Notes under the pieces: model-generated
The model's input: the letters and a program-made list of their open reading frames with translations, nothing else
The model's database searches: none
What the model was told of the DNA's origin: nothing
NCBI GenBank assembly: GCA_039809385.1
Contig: JBDHUY010000001.1
Span: 134,757 to 198,756, forward strand
DNA length: 64,000 nt
Reading direction: 5' to 3'
Origin: Candidatus Altimarinota bacterium
Lineage (GTDB): Bacteria; Patescibacteriota; Gracilibacteria; JBDHUY01
Made by a program: the position numbers and the translations under genes
Shown: in pieces, positions 47,415-58,703 of the stretch
Layout: the number at the start of each line of letters is the position of its first letter
Numbering within the stretch: the stretch's first letter is position 1

Positions 47415-48014
47415 ATGAAAAAACTATTTTCACTGCTGGTGCTATTTGTTTTAGCAAGCATGTCAACATTTGGACTCGATAACCACCTGGCTGCCCAGGC
47501 CGCCCCCCGTCTCGAAATAGCTTTGAAAGCTTTTAACATTACTCAAAATCAAGATGCGACGACGGTGAATAACAAAGCCGGAGATATTATCCGGTATACC
47601 GCCAATGTTAAAAATCTGGGTCCGGAAGATTTGGTAGACTATAGCATGCGGATCTATATCGCCGATCTGTTACGTTACGGGACCCTGGTAGATATAGGCA
47701 CAGGGATCATCGAAGGAGATTACATTGTATTTCCTCCAATACTCCAATCGGCGAGCTGTAATTGTGTCAACGACGGAGTCTTTAAGATAAAACTCAAAAG
47801 CAATGTCTGCGAAGTGAGCAGCCTTAACGCGACATACGAAGATATTTCGGTAGCAATTCCGGTCCGCTGCGAAGCGCCCCCCTCACCCACCCGGGTTCCG
47901 CGGACACCGACGAACGGGCCTTCCGAGGTTTTACTATTTTCAGCGCTGGGCGCAATTGTTGTGGGAACAATCGTAGTAATATTGAAAAAATACAGAAAAA
48001 AAGAAACAGCATAA
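47415..48014 (+). CDS. Secreted/surface protein with DUF11-like domain and C-terminal sorting-signal-like tail
   Basis: Signal peptide; AGDIIRYTANVKNLG; Pro-rich linker, TPTNGP, TM helix, KKYRKK tail. Confidence 0.65.
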   Translation: MKKLFSLLVLFVLASMSTFGLDNHLAAQAAPRLEIALKAFNITQNQDATTVNNKAGDIIRYTANVKNLGPEDLVDYSMRIYIADLLRYGTLVDIGTGIIEGDYIVFPPILQSASCNCVNDGVFKIKLKSNVCEVSSLNATYEDISVAIPVRCEAPPSPTRVPRTPTNGPSEVLLFSALGAIVVGTIVVILKKYRKKETA

Positions 48015-48044
48015 AGAGTCAGCAGCTAGATAGGAAAGTCAGAC

Positions 48045-48076
48045 GAAAAAGACTGTTGGGAAAACAGTCTTTTTTT
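48045..48076 (+). terminator. Intrinsic terminator
   Basis: AAAAAGACTGTT-ggga-AAACAGTCTTTTTTT. Confidence 0.8.
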
Positions 48077-48132
48077 ATTGACAATGAAGATAAACTGATC
48101 TAAAAGAATGTATCACATGATTACACTTGTAT

Positions 48133-49863
48133 ATGCTTCGGGAAGAATCCCCATCTCAAGATCAAGATAAACCCGTTATTGACTTTATTATCTGGCTGGC
48201 AGAGGAAGATTTTAGTTCAGCTGAGAGTATCGAACGGTTTATCAATATTTACAGCAATGCCTCTTCTGCAGTAGAGAGAGATGAAGATACGTTACTGAGT
48301 ATAATCAGAATAGAAAAGGGGATTCTTAATGGTCTCCCTACAGAGACAAAGAAAATGTATTGTGATACAATTCAGGAATATTGTGTGGCGATTCTACAAA
48401 GAAATAAATGGAATTTTTATATAGAGCATTATTCAGAGCTTTCGCCAGAAAATCAAACGCTGGTAAACAATTTACTAAAAGAGAATCTTCCACCAGACGA
48501 ATACCAAGATTTACAACAGTTTAAAAAGTCACTGGAAGAACAACATGAACGATACGGCTGGATATTAGAGGGTGACCCACCCGGCACGCTGAACTTCCCC
48601 AGAATTCTGCAGACCAGTCATCTCATACATATTGTTGCGGGATGCGATCAAGGTGAAGCTCCGACTGCTAACGAGGACAGAACGGTACTTATCGAATATC
48701 AGGATCCGGTATTAGGCCTTTTTGTATCCGTCATTGATGGTATAGGCGGGAATAAAGATGGCCAGAAAGTCGCCAAAATACTGGCAGAAACGATGTCAAA
48801 AGGAACTGATATCACTTCCCAGGGCCGAGTTGATTTTGACCTGCTATTGGCGCGTACGGCCGTTGGTATTAAACAAAGCGAACCGGCAGTAGATCAACAC
48901 GCCGGAGCATGCCTCATGGCAGCCCATATACGCCCCGATCAAGAAAACGGAACGTTTCGGCTCGATACGTTTCAGCTGGGAGATTGCCGCATCATGGTCT
49001 TAGACGAAAAAGGAGAGATGGTCTACGTATCCTGCGACGAAGGTTGGTCGGAACATGTGTGGCTGGAAGAAGGGTTTGTCAGAAAAAGTATCAGGGTGGC
49101 TACGAACGACTTTCGCAATAATTTAGTCACCAATTCTTTTGGGTGGCAAAGAAGAAACGAGGTACGGAAAAACACATTGTTCAAAGGTATAGATTTTTAC
49201 GAACAACAGAATCCCATACGTCCTTCAAAGATACGCGATCCCGATGCAATCGACAATGGATTTCGGCTTGAACCCGGTTGGCGGGTCCTACTGTTTTCGG
49301 ACGGACTGGAAATGTTTACCCGAGCCGAACTTGCGAACGCGATCAAAGGATTGAACACGGAACAGGCATTTTCGCGAATAGCAGCTTTATCGGATCTGAG
49401 CATGTCTGATACGACAACTAACTTGCTCGATGGTCTTTTGATTTCGAATTTTATTAAAAAAGACCACCGGTCGCTCATCGTAATTGATATCCCCGGCAAA
49501 ACGGAATCTCCGCATCCGGTCAGGCCCCACCCCATATCAGACGATACAATGGAAATCGCCTTGAACGATCTTGATGAAAAAGCCATACCGTCCAACAAAT
49601 ATCGTATGGCGTGGCGGTATATCATCCAGAAGAACTCCCTAACAGTTGATGATTGCATCTACTCTATACAATCATTATGCCCCCCTCAGGGTTCTCTCGA
49701 TTTTACTCTTTTTGCAGAGAATATTCCCAAAGATAACGGGCTGCCAGAGCTGTATGCGTACGCCCTCTCTCGCAACGATGTGACAACTATGCTAAGGATT
49801 ATCGCTATAGCCAAAGAGCATATAAAGAATACGATCGAGTATCTCAAAAAGGTTACCTCATAA
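48133..49863 (+). CDS. PP2C/PPM-family phosphatase with uncharacterised N- and C-terminal extensions
   Basis: NEDR, VIDGIGG, QLGDCR, LLFSDGL, DHRSLIVI. Confidence 0.8.
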   Translation: MLREESPSQDQDKPVIDFIIWLAEEDFSSAESIERFINIYSNASSAVERDEDTLLSIIRIEKGILNGLPTETKKMYCDTIQEYCVAILQRNKWNFYIEHYSELSPENQTLVNNLLKENLPPDEYQDLQQFKKSLEEQHERYGWILEGDPPGTLNFPRILQTSHLIHIVAGCDQGEAPTANEDRTVLIEYQDPVLGLFVSVIDGIGGNKDGQKVAKILAETMSKGTDITSQGRVDFDLLLARTAVGIKQSEPAVDQHAGACLMAAHIRPDQENGTFRLDTFQLGDCRIMVLDEKGEMVYVSCDEGWSEHVWLEEGFVRKSIRVATNDFRNNLVTNSFGWQRRNEVRKNTLFKGIDFYEQQNPIRPSKIRDPDAIDNGFRLEPGWRVLLFSDGLEMFTRAELANAIKGLNTEQAFSRIAALSDLSMSDTTTNLLDGLLISNFIKKDHRSLIVIDIPGKTESPHPVRPHPISDDTMEIALNDLDEKAIPSNKYRMAWRYIIQKNSLTVDDCIYSIQSLCPPQGSLDFTLFAENIPKDNGLPELYAYALSRNDVTTMLRIIAIAKEHIKNTIEYLKKVTS

Positions 49864-49949
49864 ATAATAACGGACTGTATCCATAGAAAAGGATTGTTCC
49901 CGAAGAACCTTGGGAAAGGACGAGCAAAGCCTGTTCTGATTTTTGAATA

Positions 49950-51740
49950 TCACATCGATATAGCATTTATACCATGCTTCTGAGGAACTACCTTCTGTTC
50001 GTAGTGAGACACCATTTTGGAGAAAAGTCCCTTATTGGCCAGTAACTGATCGTATGTTCCGGTTTCGACAATCCTACCCCGCTCGAAAACATAGATATAA
50101 TCGAAATTTTTGAGCAGATGCAGACGGTGCACCGAAGCGACGATACAGCGATCCGTAAAATGTTCGAAGAGATGTTGGTAAATCTTGCGTTCATTGAGCG
50201 GATCGACGCTGCTGGTCGGTTCGTCCAGAAGCAAGATCGAACTGTCTTTTACCGAAAAAATACCACGGGCCAGCGCCAAGCGCTGTTTTTCTCCGCCCGA
50301 TAAGTTGACGCCTTTCTCGCGGATATCACTTTGAAATCCCTGGGGTAACTTTGCTACTACCGTGTCAAAACAGGCCAGCTCGGCAACTTTTTCCAGATCA
50401 TTACGCGAATGATGAATACCGAGAGTAATGTTATATTCGATCGTATTTTCAAAGATTTCGGGATCCTGGGGAATAAGGGCGGTCGTTTGAGCGAGAACTT
50501 TGAGAGAATCGTAGTGATCGCTATCGATATCCATATGTACAGATTGAGCTTCGTACAAACCTCGAATCAGGGCCATGGTCGTACTTTTCCCCGAGCCACT
50601 TTCGCCTACGAACGCGATTTTTTTACCTGCTTCCAAGGCCAGACTAATCCGATCAAGGCTCTGGCGTCGATCGCCACCGGTAGCGTGTTGAAAAGACAAG
50701 TCGCGAATATGGATGGTTTGCCATTTCTTGACATGCGCAACCGGAAGCGATGAAGAAGAAAAGTGGGACGAACTTTGCAAGATGGGCTCTACACTGAGAA
50801 TGTCAGCGTTTAACAATACCACACGTTCGTACTTCCAAGCCACTTCGAAGATCCCGTTGATAATCTTGTCGATAAACTGATAAAAGATCATAAGTGTCCC
50901 GATCAGAACCGGTTGTCCGGAGGTAATCGTCATGAGAATGAAGAGGAACAGACTCCCGAACCGTAAGACAGTCAGGAGCATCGAAAGTACAAACCATTTC
51001 AACTCGTTTACGCGAGTCTCCCGGGCAAAGACCGGATGGATATGCATGTACCGTTTGACTATTTCTTTGCGAGTCAGTTGTTCCAATCGTAAACTGATCA
51101 CAGTGACAATATTGGAGATATAATCGAAGAAACCGGCGGTCAGGTGGTGCTCGCGTCTGTTGATTTCTTGCTGGAGCGCCATGATACGGTGATCGAAATA
51201 CGCCATGACGAGGAGTGCCACCGCAGAGAGAATAACGACACCGGTTCCTATCAGAGGGCTCAAGAAAAGTACTGCAACAAAAGAAAAGAGCGATTTGACG
51301 ATCGTTTCAATATACTGAAAACCGTCTTCGTCGAAAGTTCTCAAAGCCCGGGCAGCTTTATTAATACGGTTGTAGGTATCACCGGTATGATGATCCTGGT
51401 GCCATTGATACGGTAGATTTGTCAGAATCGCGAACATCCGTTCGCGAAAATTCTTTTCGATCATAAACGCAATCTCGCGCTCCCAGATCCGGGCGGTACC
51501 GTGAAATATCCAGATAAACACAGGTAAAGAACCGTACAGTCCCAGATACCATAAACTTTTCTGCAGCAGATCGGGCTCGTTATTTTGAATGACATTGAGA
51601 AACAGACCGAAGATAATCGGTCCTAACAGATCGATACAATTGGATATGACAAACATACCGTAGGTGAGCACAAATTTTTTACGGTACCCTTCAGCATATT
51701 GCCACGAACTTTTTATCAGATTCCAGTACGGATTCGTCAT
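49950..51740 (-). CDS. ABC exporter, fused permease/ATPase
   Basis: N-terminal TM domain; GESGSGKST, LSGGEKQRLALAR, LLLDEPTSS, HRL. Confidence 0.95.
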   Translation of the reverse strand: MTNPYWNLIKSSWQYAEGYRKKFVLTYGMFVISNCIDLLGPIIFGLFLNVIQNNEPDLLQKSLWYLGLYGSLPVFIWIFHGTARIWEREIAFMIEKNFRERMFAILTNLPYQWHQDHHTGDTYNRINKAARALRTFDEDGFQYIETIVKSLFSFVAVLFLSPLIGTGVVILSAVALLVMAYFDHRIMALQQEINRREHHLTAGFFDYISNIVTVISLRLEQLTRKEIVKRYMHIHPVFARETRVNELKWFVLSMLLTVLRFGSLFLFILMTITSGQPVLIGTLMIFYQFIDKIINGIFEVAWKYERVVLLNADILSVEPILQSSSHFSSSSLPVAHVKKWQTIHIRDLSFQHATGGDRRQSLDRISLALEAGKKIAFVGESGSGKSTTMALIRGLYEAQSVHMDIDSDHYDSLKVLAQTTALIPQDPEIFENTIEYNITLGIHHSRNDLEKVAELACFDTVVAKLPQGFQSDIREKGVNLSGGEKQRLALARGIFSVKDSSILLLDEPTSSVDPLNERKIYQHLFEHFTDRCIVASVHRLHLLKNFDYIYVFERGRIVETGTYDQLLANKGLFSKMVSHYEQKVVPQKHGINAISM

Positions 51741-51891
51741 ATTTAAACATTACACAAGTTTTCAAAGAAGGCTTGAAGAGATCCCAGCGGTCGATCAGGG
51801 AAAAGGATACGTACAACCAAAAACGCGACAAAACCCGAAAGTGTTTCTGGAATCGTCACTTTCGAGACAGGAAAAAGAGGTTTTATCAAAG

Positions 51892-52635
51892 TTATATTGA
51901 CGCTCCCGCATCGACCGGATAGATACCACCCGTGATGTAGGCCGCTTTTTCGGAAGCAAGAAACAGAATCGTATGCGCAATATCTTCGGGCATGGCAATG
52001 CGCCCCAGCGGGGTGGAATGGACATAGGAAGAGAACTCTTCGGAATTGTCAAAGACATTTCGCAACAAGGGCGTATCGGTGGCACCGGGACAAACGGCGT
52101 TGAAGCGGACTCCCTTTTGAATATAATTGAGAGCCATAGCTTTGGTAAACATGTTTACGGCGGCTTTGGAGGATGCATAGATGAATGCGTCGTCTTTGAG
52201 AGGCTTGATACCGAGCCGAGAAGAGACATTTACGACATTTCCAAGGGAAGCAAGCAGGTACGGAATCGCATACTTCGTCATCAGAAAAACACTTCGAAAA
52301 TTTAAATTTATCGTTTCATCAAAACTTTCTTCCGAAAATGTTTCCAGATCCGTCTCGTTGGGAATACTGACGCCGGCGTTATTGATCAGAATATCGAGAC
52401 GTCCGAATTTCTCTATCGTTTGGGAAACAGCTTTTTGGGTACCTCCGCTTAATGACACGTCGGCCGATATACCGAAGGCTTTATTTCCCAGTTGCTCTAT
52501 GGCTCTGTCGAGCCGACCTTGATTTCGTCCTACCAAAACGACCTGTGCTCCGGCTGCTTGGAAGAGTCGGGCCGCGGCAAAACCGATCCCCGAAGATCCG
52601 CCGGTAATAATAACGACTTTGTCGGAAAATTCCAT
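51892..52635 (-). CDS. Short-chain dehydrogenase/reductase
   Basis: TGGSSGIG, NNAG, YASSK, NAVCPG, PLGRIA. Confidence 0.93.
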   Translation of the reverse strand: MEFSDKVVIITGGSSGIGFAAARLFQAAGAQVVLVGRNQGRLDRAIEQLGNKAFGISADVSLSGGTQKAVSQTIEKFGRLDILINNAGVSIPNETDLETFSEESFDETINLNFRSVFLMTKYAIPYLLASLGNVVNVSSRLGIKPLKDDAFIYASSKAAVNMFTKAMALNYIQKGVRFNAVCPGATDTPLLRNVFDNSEEFSSYVHSTPLGRIAMPEDIAHTILFLASEKAAYITGGIYPVDAGASI

Positions 52636-52710
52636 ACAGAAAAGGAAATGGAACAACACTTCTTCATACATCGAAGTTCCTCGCCGTTCTCAAGAAGAGA
52701 ACAGAGGGGT

Positions 52711-52784
52711 TGGAGCGGGTAACGGGAGTCGAACCCGTCTCTCAGCCTTGGGAAGGCCATATAATACCGATATACGATACCCGC
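52711..52784 (-). tRNA. tRNA-Gly (anticodon CCC)
   Basis: Minus strand GCGGGTA...GCCTTCCCAAGGC...GGGTTCGACTCCC...TACCCGCTCCA. Confidence 0.93.
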
Positions 52785-52953
52785 GGGGAGCAGAGTAGAG
52801 AGTATTAGGTATAAAGAGTATAACGTATAGGACAATAGTTCTAAAAGATTATCCTGAAATGTAGTTACTCATTACATCCATGCTCTAGACTCCGTTTTGT
52901 GACCTGACTTATACCTGTGTATTTTGCACTTTTTAAGCTTTGCACTTTTACTC

Positions 52954-53484
52954 TTACTCGTGACCTTCTGCCTGATAGGTCTCGTAGGCTTTTTTTGCTA
53001 TGGCTAAAGCCTCATTTTTATCCCCCCATCCCTGCACCTCGACTTTTTTTCCTTTGAGATCTTTATAATGTTCAAAAAAATGGGAAATTTCCCTGAAAAT
53101 CTGGGGGCTGAGCTGTTCCATACTCTCAATATGATTGTAATGGACATCGTCTGCGGGAACACACAATAGTTTCTCGTCGTATTCTCCGTCATCCATCATT
53201 TTAAGCACCGCAATCGGTCGGGCATCGACGACACAGCCTGGAAAAACCGAATTATCCAGCAATACAAAGGCGTCCAAGTGATCACCGTCGCCGGAACGAG
53301 TCCCGGGAACATCACCGTAGTCGTAGGGATGGCTCATGGCAGCATCGTAGTTGACACGGTCCAACTTAATCACATCCAGTTCTTCATTATACTCGTATTT
53401 ATTACGACTACCTTTCGGGATTTCAATAACCACGGTAATTATTTCGGGGAATTTGTTACCTTGCTTAATATGTTTCCAGCTCAT
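52954..53484 (-). CDS. ppa: Inorganic pyrophosphatase (family I)
   Basis: IEIPKGSRNKYE, LDR, DGDHLD, DDGEYDEK, HFFEHYKDL. Confidence 0.95.
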   Translation of the reverse strand: MSWKHIKQGNKFPEIITVVIEIPKGSRNKYEYNEELDVIKLDRVNYDAAMSHPYDYGDVPGTRSGDGDHLDAFVLLDNSVFPGCVVDARPIAVLKMMDDGEYDEKLLCVPADDVHYNHIESMEQLSPQIFREISHFFEHYKDLKGKKVEVQGWGDKNEALAIAKKAYETYQAEGHE

Positions 53485-53639
53485 GGTTGAGAGAAATGAA
53501 AAAATAAGAACCGAACGAAAGGTATTTTGCCGAAAAAAGCTCGGGGACGCAAGAGTCTTGCGTGACACGAAAATATTTTTTTATTTTACGGTTTTTCCAA
53601 GCTTTGTTATATTCATGATAATTGTTGTCTTCTCGCCCT

Positions 53640-55538
53640 ATGCCACGCAAAAAAAATACCGACAATCCCCCCTTACCGCTTGAAGACGAGAAACCTCAAA
53701 AAGTCTCTCCCAAGCATGTCAAGAAAGAAAAAACCTCCGATAACAGTCCAAAAGAGGAGCATTTGAGCGAGAGCGCAAACAATCTGACCGAAGAGGTGCA
53801 CACCTATGTCGCCACACTTAAGAACACTCCGAAAGAAAAAAATGCTCAGCTGAACAAGACCGAATTGCCGCCCCCGTCACCACCGGCAGGGATAACAGGA
53901 AGATGGCTCAAGATATTGCTTCCGACACTCGCCTGTATCGTGCTGGGAATCTTAGCAGTAGTATCGGTATGGAAATTACAGAATTCCCGACCGGTACAGC
54001 GACTGCTGCCCGCTGAGAAAACGGTTGCATTTTTTACCATACAAACCGACACAACACAAGCCGCGTGGAAGAATCTTGATACCATGTTCGAAAAAAGCGG
54101 ATCCGGAGCGCTCGTGACACAAACGCTCGGGCTGGAGAGGAGTTATTTTGATCAGAATATCGTACCATGGCTGGGCGGTACGACGAGTATAGCCTGGATC
54201 CAGACAGCCAAAGGACTACAAACGGGTTTAGTGGTAGAAATTCAACCAAACGAAACTTCCCAAAAATATTGGGCCGGTTTTGAAAGTCCAGACAGCAGCG
54301 CCAAAACTGAGTACAACGGCATAACGATACGCAACAGTACCGATAATCGCTTTCGGTTTATCCAGATCGATCAATATTACGCCATTTCGTCGAATCGCGA
54401 AGTTCTGCAGGAGATTATAGATACCTATCAGAACAAAAAAGAAAACCTCGATCAGTCAGTCCTGTTTCAAAACATCCAGAAAAACCTGCCTGCCACGCCA
54501 TTCATCAAAGGATACGTCAATATGAGGTTGGCCGGAAATCCGTTTTTTTCCATGCTGCTCTCAGAAAAGAAAATCCATCCCGACATAGAAACCTTGATTG
54601 CTCCTTTCGCCGGCGCAATCGACGGACTAGGAATAGCGGTGGATATGCGAAACGAGCAAAATACAAAGCTCTGGCATACCAAGGTCTCGTTAGTAGGAAA
54701 ATCCGAGCTTTTTAAGATGCCGGTCGACAAAAACACCCCCGAACTTGTACTGGCCGATAAGAATCGTTCGAATATGCTTGCCTACCTGGACGGCCGTAAT
54801 TTTTTAAGCACCACGTCGGACATCCTGAAAAATATGGGAAATCTCTCGCCCCAAAGCGAGATCATCCTGGAAGGATTGTTAAATTACGCCCTGTCAACCT
54901 ACATCAGCAGTACACTGGATGTCGCTACGGTAAAAGACATGACCGTCGGAGAATACGGTATATTCTGGAATACGTTAAACGACCAGCAAGGAGGTACCGG
55001 TTTCATGGCAGTATTGCCCTTGAAGAACGAAACCGAAGGCAGAAAACGTCTGGAGACGGCTTTCGAAGATTTCCGATCTAACAGTGTGCTCTTGTTCAAT
55101 CCGCAAATACGCAATATAACGCTGCCCGATAATACGCAGGGCAAAGAAGTTTTTATGGTTCCTAAAGATATCGAAGTAAAGGCAGAAACTATCCCGGGAG
55201 GAACGATTCATTACCTTGATATTGGGGACGAGGAATCGTTACGACCTGGCTATGGGATTGCAAACGGCAATTTGTATGTATTCTCTCATCCCAAGATCCT
55301 AAAAGACTATCTCGACTCGTCCGATACTTCTATACCGGCAACTGAAAATATCATTGCCAGAAGCGCCGCATTGCGATTTGGCGGGAACCTTTCTTTCATA
55401 CTGCCTAAGTTAGTCGAACATGCCGTGCTAACAGATCAGCGCTTCAAAAACTTCCTGGCGCAATTTTCGTCGTTTTCGGGAGGCATATCGTTTTTTGATC
55501 AGGGTATGATCGCCGAAATGGCTATGGAAACGAAGTAA
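53640..55538 (+). CDS. DUF3352-like membrane-anchored protein
   Basis: Disordered N-terminus, single TM, LLPAEKT, IVPWLGG, EYNGITI, YAISSN...IIDT. Confidence 0.6.
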   Translation: MPRKKNTDNPPLPLEDEKPQKVSPKHVKKEKTSDNSPKEEHLSESANNLTEEVHTYVATLKNTPKEKNAQLNKTELPPPSPPAGITGRWLKILLPTLACIVLGILAVVSVWKLQNSRPVQRLLPAEKTVAFFTIQTDTTQAAWKNLDTMFEKSGSGALVTQTLGLERSYFDQNIVPWLGGTTSIAWIQTAKGLQTGLVVEIQPNETSQKYWAGFESPDSSAKTEYNGITIRNSTDNRFRFIQIDQYYAISSNREVLQEIIDTYQNKKENLDQSVLFQNIQKNLPATPFIKGYVNMRLAGNPFFSMLLSEKKIHPDIETLIAPFAGAIDGLGIAVDMRNEQNTKLWHTKVSLVGKSELFKMPVDKNTPELVLADKNRSNMLAYLDGRNFLSTTSDILKNMGNLSPQSEIILEGLLNYALSTYISSTLDVATVKDMTVGEYGIFWNTLNDQQGGTGFMAVLPLKNETEGRKRLETAFEDFRSNSVLLFNPQIRNITLPDNTQGKEVFMVPKDIEVKAETIPGGTIHYLDIGDEESLRPGYGIANGNLYVFSHPKILKDYLDSSDTSIPATENIIARSAALRFGGNLSFILPKLVEHAVLTDQRFKNFLAQFSSFSGGISFFDQGMIAEMAMETK

Positions 55539-55541
55539 TAT

Positions 55542-57779
55542 ATGCTTATCAAGGACATCCGCCCCTTTTCCTCTCTGTCTACGCAGCCGCCGCAACCACC
55601 GTCGGCATGTTTGAACGAGCAAAAAGCGTTAATCACCTCATCTGCGGGTGATACTCAAAAAAAGATAGCCGATATCCGTAATTCGTCTTCTTCTAACGAT
55701 ACCCGGCTCGATCTGACAAAGCTCTCTCCCTCCGCTCAACTGCCGGAAAGAGAGCTCAAAGAACTTTCGGTATCGAGCCTCCGCTCTTCGATTGAAAAAA
55801 AGAGACATCCGGCTGGCTTCCGGCATTTCCCAACGCGTAAAAACAAAGAGATCAACAAAACCCTTCGTTCTAACTGGAGCGTATTTGGCACTCTCGGACT
55901 GTTCATCTTCTTAGGTTCGTTAAGCATCATCATTATTCCCGGAACTTTACGGTTCGAGGAAAATATAAAAGCCCGGGCAACCAGCGGTTTCCGGGCACTG
56001 GAAGAAACTACACTGGCAGAGAACTGGGCAGATATCCGGACTGCGGGCAGTCTGATAGAACAAGCTCGCGGAAATTTTGCCCAAGCGCAGGAAGAACTCG
56101 CCTACGTGCGGCAAATGGTACACGGATGGAATAATTCGTTACTGGACAGTGCTCATGCGGCGACGTTAATCGAAGCCGGCGATCGGATTGCACAGGCCGG
56201 ATTGACAGGCATACGACTGGCCGAGTCATTTGGGAAACTAAAAGAGCAGTATATGCAGAATGGCTGGAGCGGAGTTCAAACCGCTTATCCCGATCTGACC
56301 GGATTTTTGAAAGAAAAACTAGCTGACATTGAGCAGGTACAAACCTATATCACCCAAGCTTCGGCGCAGTTGAAAGAGATACCCGAAATAGCAGTTCCGC
56401 GCGAACTGAGGAATAAGTTTAACGACGCCCGTCAGAAGTTGGAGACACTGTCTGTTCTTCTTGGAGAGATTCGCTCTCACGGTACGTTGCTGCTTAGAGC
56501 ATTTGGCCAGGATTCTCCGCAGCGATATGCCATACTCCTCCAAAACAACGACGAAATGCGCCCGACCGGCGGTTTCATCGGGAGCATTCTTTTTGTGACC
56601 TTTTCCAAAGGATATATTTCCCAATGGCAGTTCCAGGACGTCTATCAGCTTGACGGTCAGATACATTCGGTCCTGCCAGCACCGTATGGGCTCAACCGTA
56701 TTGCCAATACCTTCAGTCTGCGCGATGCCAACTACTGGGCTGACTTTCCTACTTCCGCCCGAACTATCCTCGAATTCATCCAACAAGGTCATGGTCCTTA
56801 CGTTGATGGAGTTCTGGTGATAAACCAAGATTTGCTACTACAAATGCTTCAGATAACCGGTCCGGTTCATGTTGAAGGCATAAAGATTCCTTTTTCCGCC
56901 GACAACTTTTCAATTCTGATGTCCTATATCGTCGAATCGAAACTGTACAAAGATCAGCCGAAAGAGATACTCAAACAATTTATTGACGAATTTTTGAAAA
57001 AACTGCCGACAAGTGATACCGCCAAACTGGCAGAGGTCCTCCTCGAAAATGCCGAAAAAAGAAATATCGCCTGGTATGCGATCAATCAGGATCTGGAAGC
57101 AGAGTCGGTAAAGCTGGGATTGGACGGAAGCCTTGCCGCTTCCCGGGAAAAGGAAGACTATTTTTTGCTGAGCGAGACATCTTTGTCAGGCAACAAATCC
57201 GATCGCTACATGCAAAACCGGGTTGAACACGAGACTTTTATTTCGCGATACGGTCATGTAACCAATCGGGTTACCGTCGCGCGGGAACATACTTTTTCCC
57301 AAAGCGCCGAGGAGATCATGAGCGATAGTATAAAAAAGGCCGGTTTTGAGCTCCCCGATCATATGAAAACTATTCTGGGCAAAGGAGAAAATGTCTCCTA
57401 CCTGCGAATCTATACTCCCAAAGGAAGTCAACTCAACTCGGTATCGGGGATCAGTCGCGATGAAGTAACGGTTTCTCAGGAAAACGATAAAACCGTCTTC
57501 GGCTTTATCGTGAGAACCTATCCCGGGAATACTCGCAACGTCACTTTGGAGTACCAACTCCCCTTCCAGCTCACCGAACGGCTGGATATCTACAAAATAC
57601 TGACCGAAAAACAGATCGGCGGCGACACGTTCGCGTTTGAAAAAAAGATCCTGTTGGACGAAGATCTGATCTTCAAAAAGACCTCTGACGGAGATACGCA
57701 AAACGAAAAAGCGCTTGACCGGAAGTCTGAGCTAACGAATCAGAGTTTTTTCTCGGCGTTGATCGAGAATAGTTTGTAA
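55542..57779 (+). CDS. DUF4012-like protein
   Basis: YAILLQNNDEMRPTGGFIGS, DVYQLDG, RDANYWADFPTSA, GNKSD, YLRIYTPKGS. Confidence 0.85.
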   Translation: MLIKDIRPFSSLSTQPPQPPSACLNEQKALITSSAGDTQKKIADIRNSSSSNDTRLDLTKLSPSAQLPERELKELSVSSLRSSIEKKRHPAGFRHFPTRKNKEINKTLRSNWSVFGTLGLFIFLGSLSIIIIPGTLRFEENIKARATSGFRALEETTLAENWADIRTAGSLIEQARGNFAQAQEELAYVRQMVHGWNNSLLDSAHAATLIEAGDRIAQAGLTGIRLAESFGKLKEQYMQNGWSGVQTAYPDLTGFLKEKLADIEQVQTYITQASAQLKEIPEIAVPRELRNKFNDARQKLETLSVLLGEIRSHGTLLLRAFGQDSPQRYAILLQNNDEMRPTGGFIGSILFVTFSKGYISQWQFQDVYQLDGQIHSVLPAPYGLNRIANTFSLRDANYWADFPTSARTILEFIQQGHGPYVDGVLVINQDLLLQMLQITGPVHVEGIKIPFSADNFSILMSYIVESKLYKDQPKEILKQFIDEFLKKLPTSDTAKLAEVLLENAEKRNIAWYAINQDLEAESVKLGLDGSLAASREKEDYFLLSETSLSGNKSDRYMQNRVEHETFISRYGHVTNRVTVAREHTFSQSAEEIMSDSIKKAGFELPDHMKTILGKGENVSYLRIYTPKGSQLNSVSGISRDEVTVSQENDKTVFGFIVRTYPGNTRNVTLEYQLPFQLTERLDIYKILTEKQIGGDTFAFEKKILLDEDLIFKKTSDGDTQNEKALDRKSELTNQSFFSALIENSL

Positions 57780-57813
57780 AACCAAAAAAACTAAAATTAT
57801 ACAGCTCTTGCTT

Positions 57814-58338
57814 ATGCCCCCCTCAGTAGCCATACAAAACTTGTTCGAGAAATATAAACTTCCCGAACCTATCCGGCTTCATTGCGAAGGAGTCGGCAGA
57901 ATTGCCTTTGAAATTGCCAAGAACATCGAAGATAAACTCCCAGAGAGCGGGATAAATCCGGAGAAGGTCTACCTGGCTGCCGCTTGTCACGATATCGGAA
58001 AGTGTCGACCCGGCATCCACGAAATCAATACGGTCGAGATTCTTTGCTGCGAAGGGCTTGGCGATATTGCTCCTCTGGCGATGCACGGTTTTGTGTATGA
58101 AATTCATCTGCTACGCGGCGAGGAACGTCCGGAATATCTTCCGCACAGATTGGAAAACAAAATAGTCGTCCTAGCCGACATGTATTACAATCAACGCCAG
58201 GAACGCGTCTCTCTCGAGGAGCGCTTCGACGACATCCGCGCACGCTACCGGGAGGACAAAACCTTTCTGAAAGCCGTAGACTTGGCATTTCCCCGGATCC
58301 AGAAACTGGAACAGGAAATCCTAGGCTATTTGGAATAA
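57814..58338 (+). CDS. HD-domain (HDIG) phosphohydrolase
   Basis: H...V, AACHDIGK, LENKIVVLAD, VSLEERFDD. Confidence 0.85.
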   Translation: MPPSVAIQNLFEKYKLPEPIRLHCEGVGRIAFEIAKNIEDKLPESGINPEKVYLAAACHDIGKCRPGIHEINTVEILCCEGLGDIAPLAMHGFVYEIHLLRGEERPEYLPHRLENKIVVLADMYYNQRQERVSLEERFDDIRARYREDKTFLKAVDLAFPRIQKLEQEILGYLE

Positions 58339-58703
58339 TCAGAGATCCGGGAAAGAGGCAAGGAATTCCCTTTCTGTTCTTTTCGAGTACCTCCAAAAAA
58401 GTAATTTCGGCATATACCAAGTCTAATCATACTAATTCCATTTCAAACTGATATCGACTATTGTGTAATCCGGTCCGCCTGTTCGTAGTATCGACTCAGT
58501 GTGTCGAGTTTGATTGCGCGCAATAAAACTCTGCCGAACGTTTACGGATCCCGGGCGAGCCGGGATGACCATTCATCATTTTTGTAGCAGTTCGATTTGG
58601 AAATGGTATCAGCTTGTTTTTTTACCATATTTAAAAAAAATTTAATACCTCCCGAGTACGATCGGGAAGACAGAAAAACTCTTACAATTTTCGATATGAC
58701 TCC

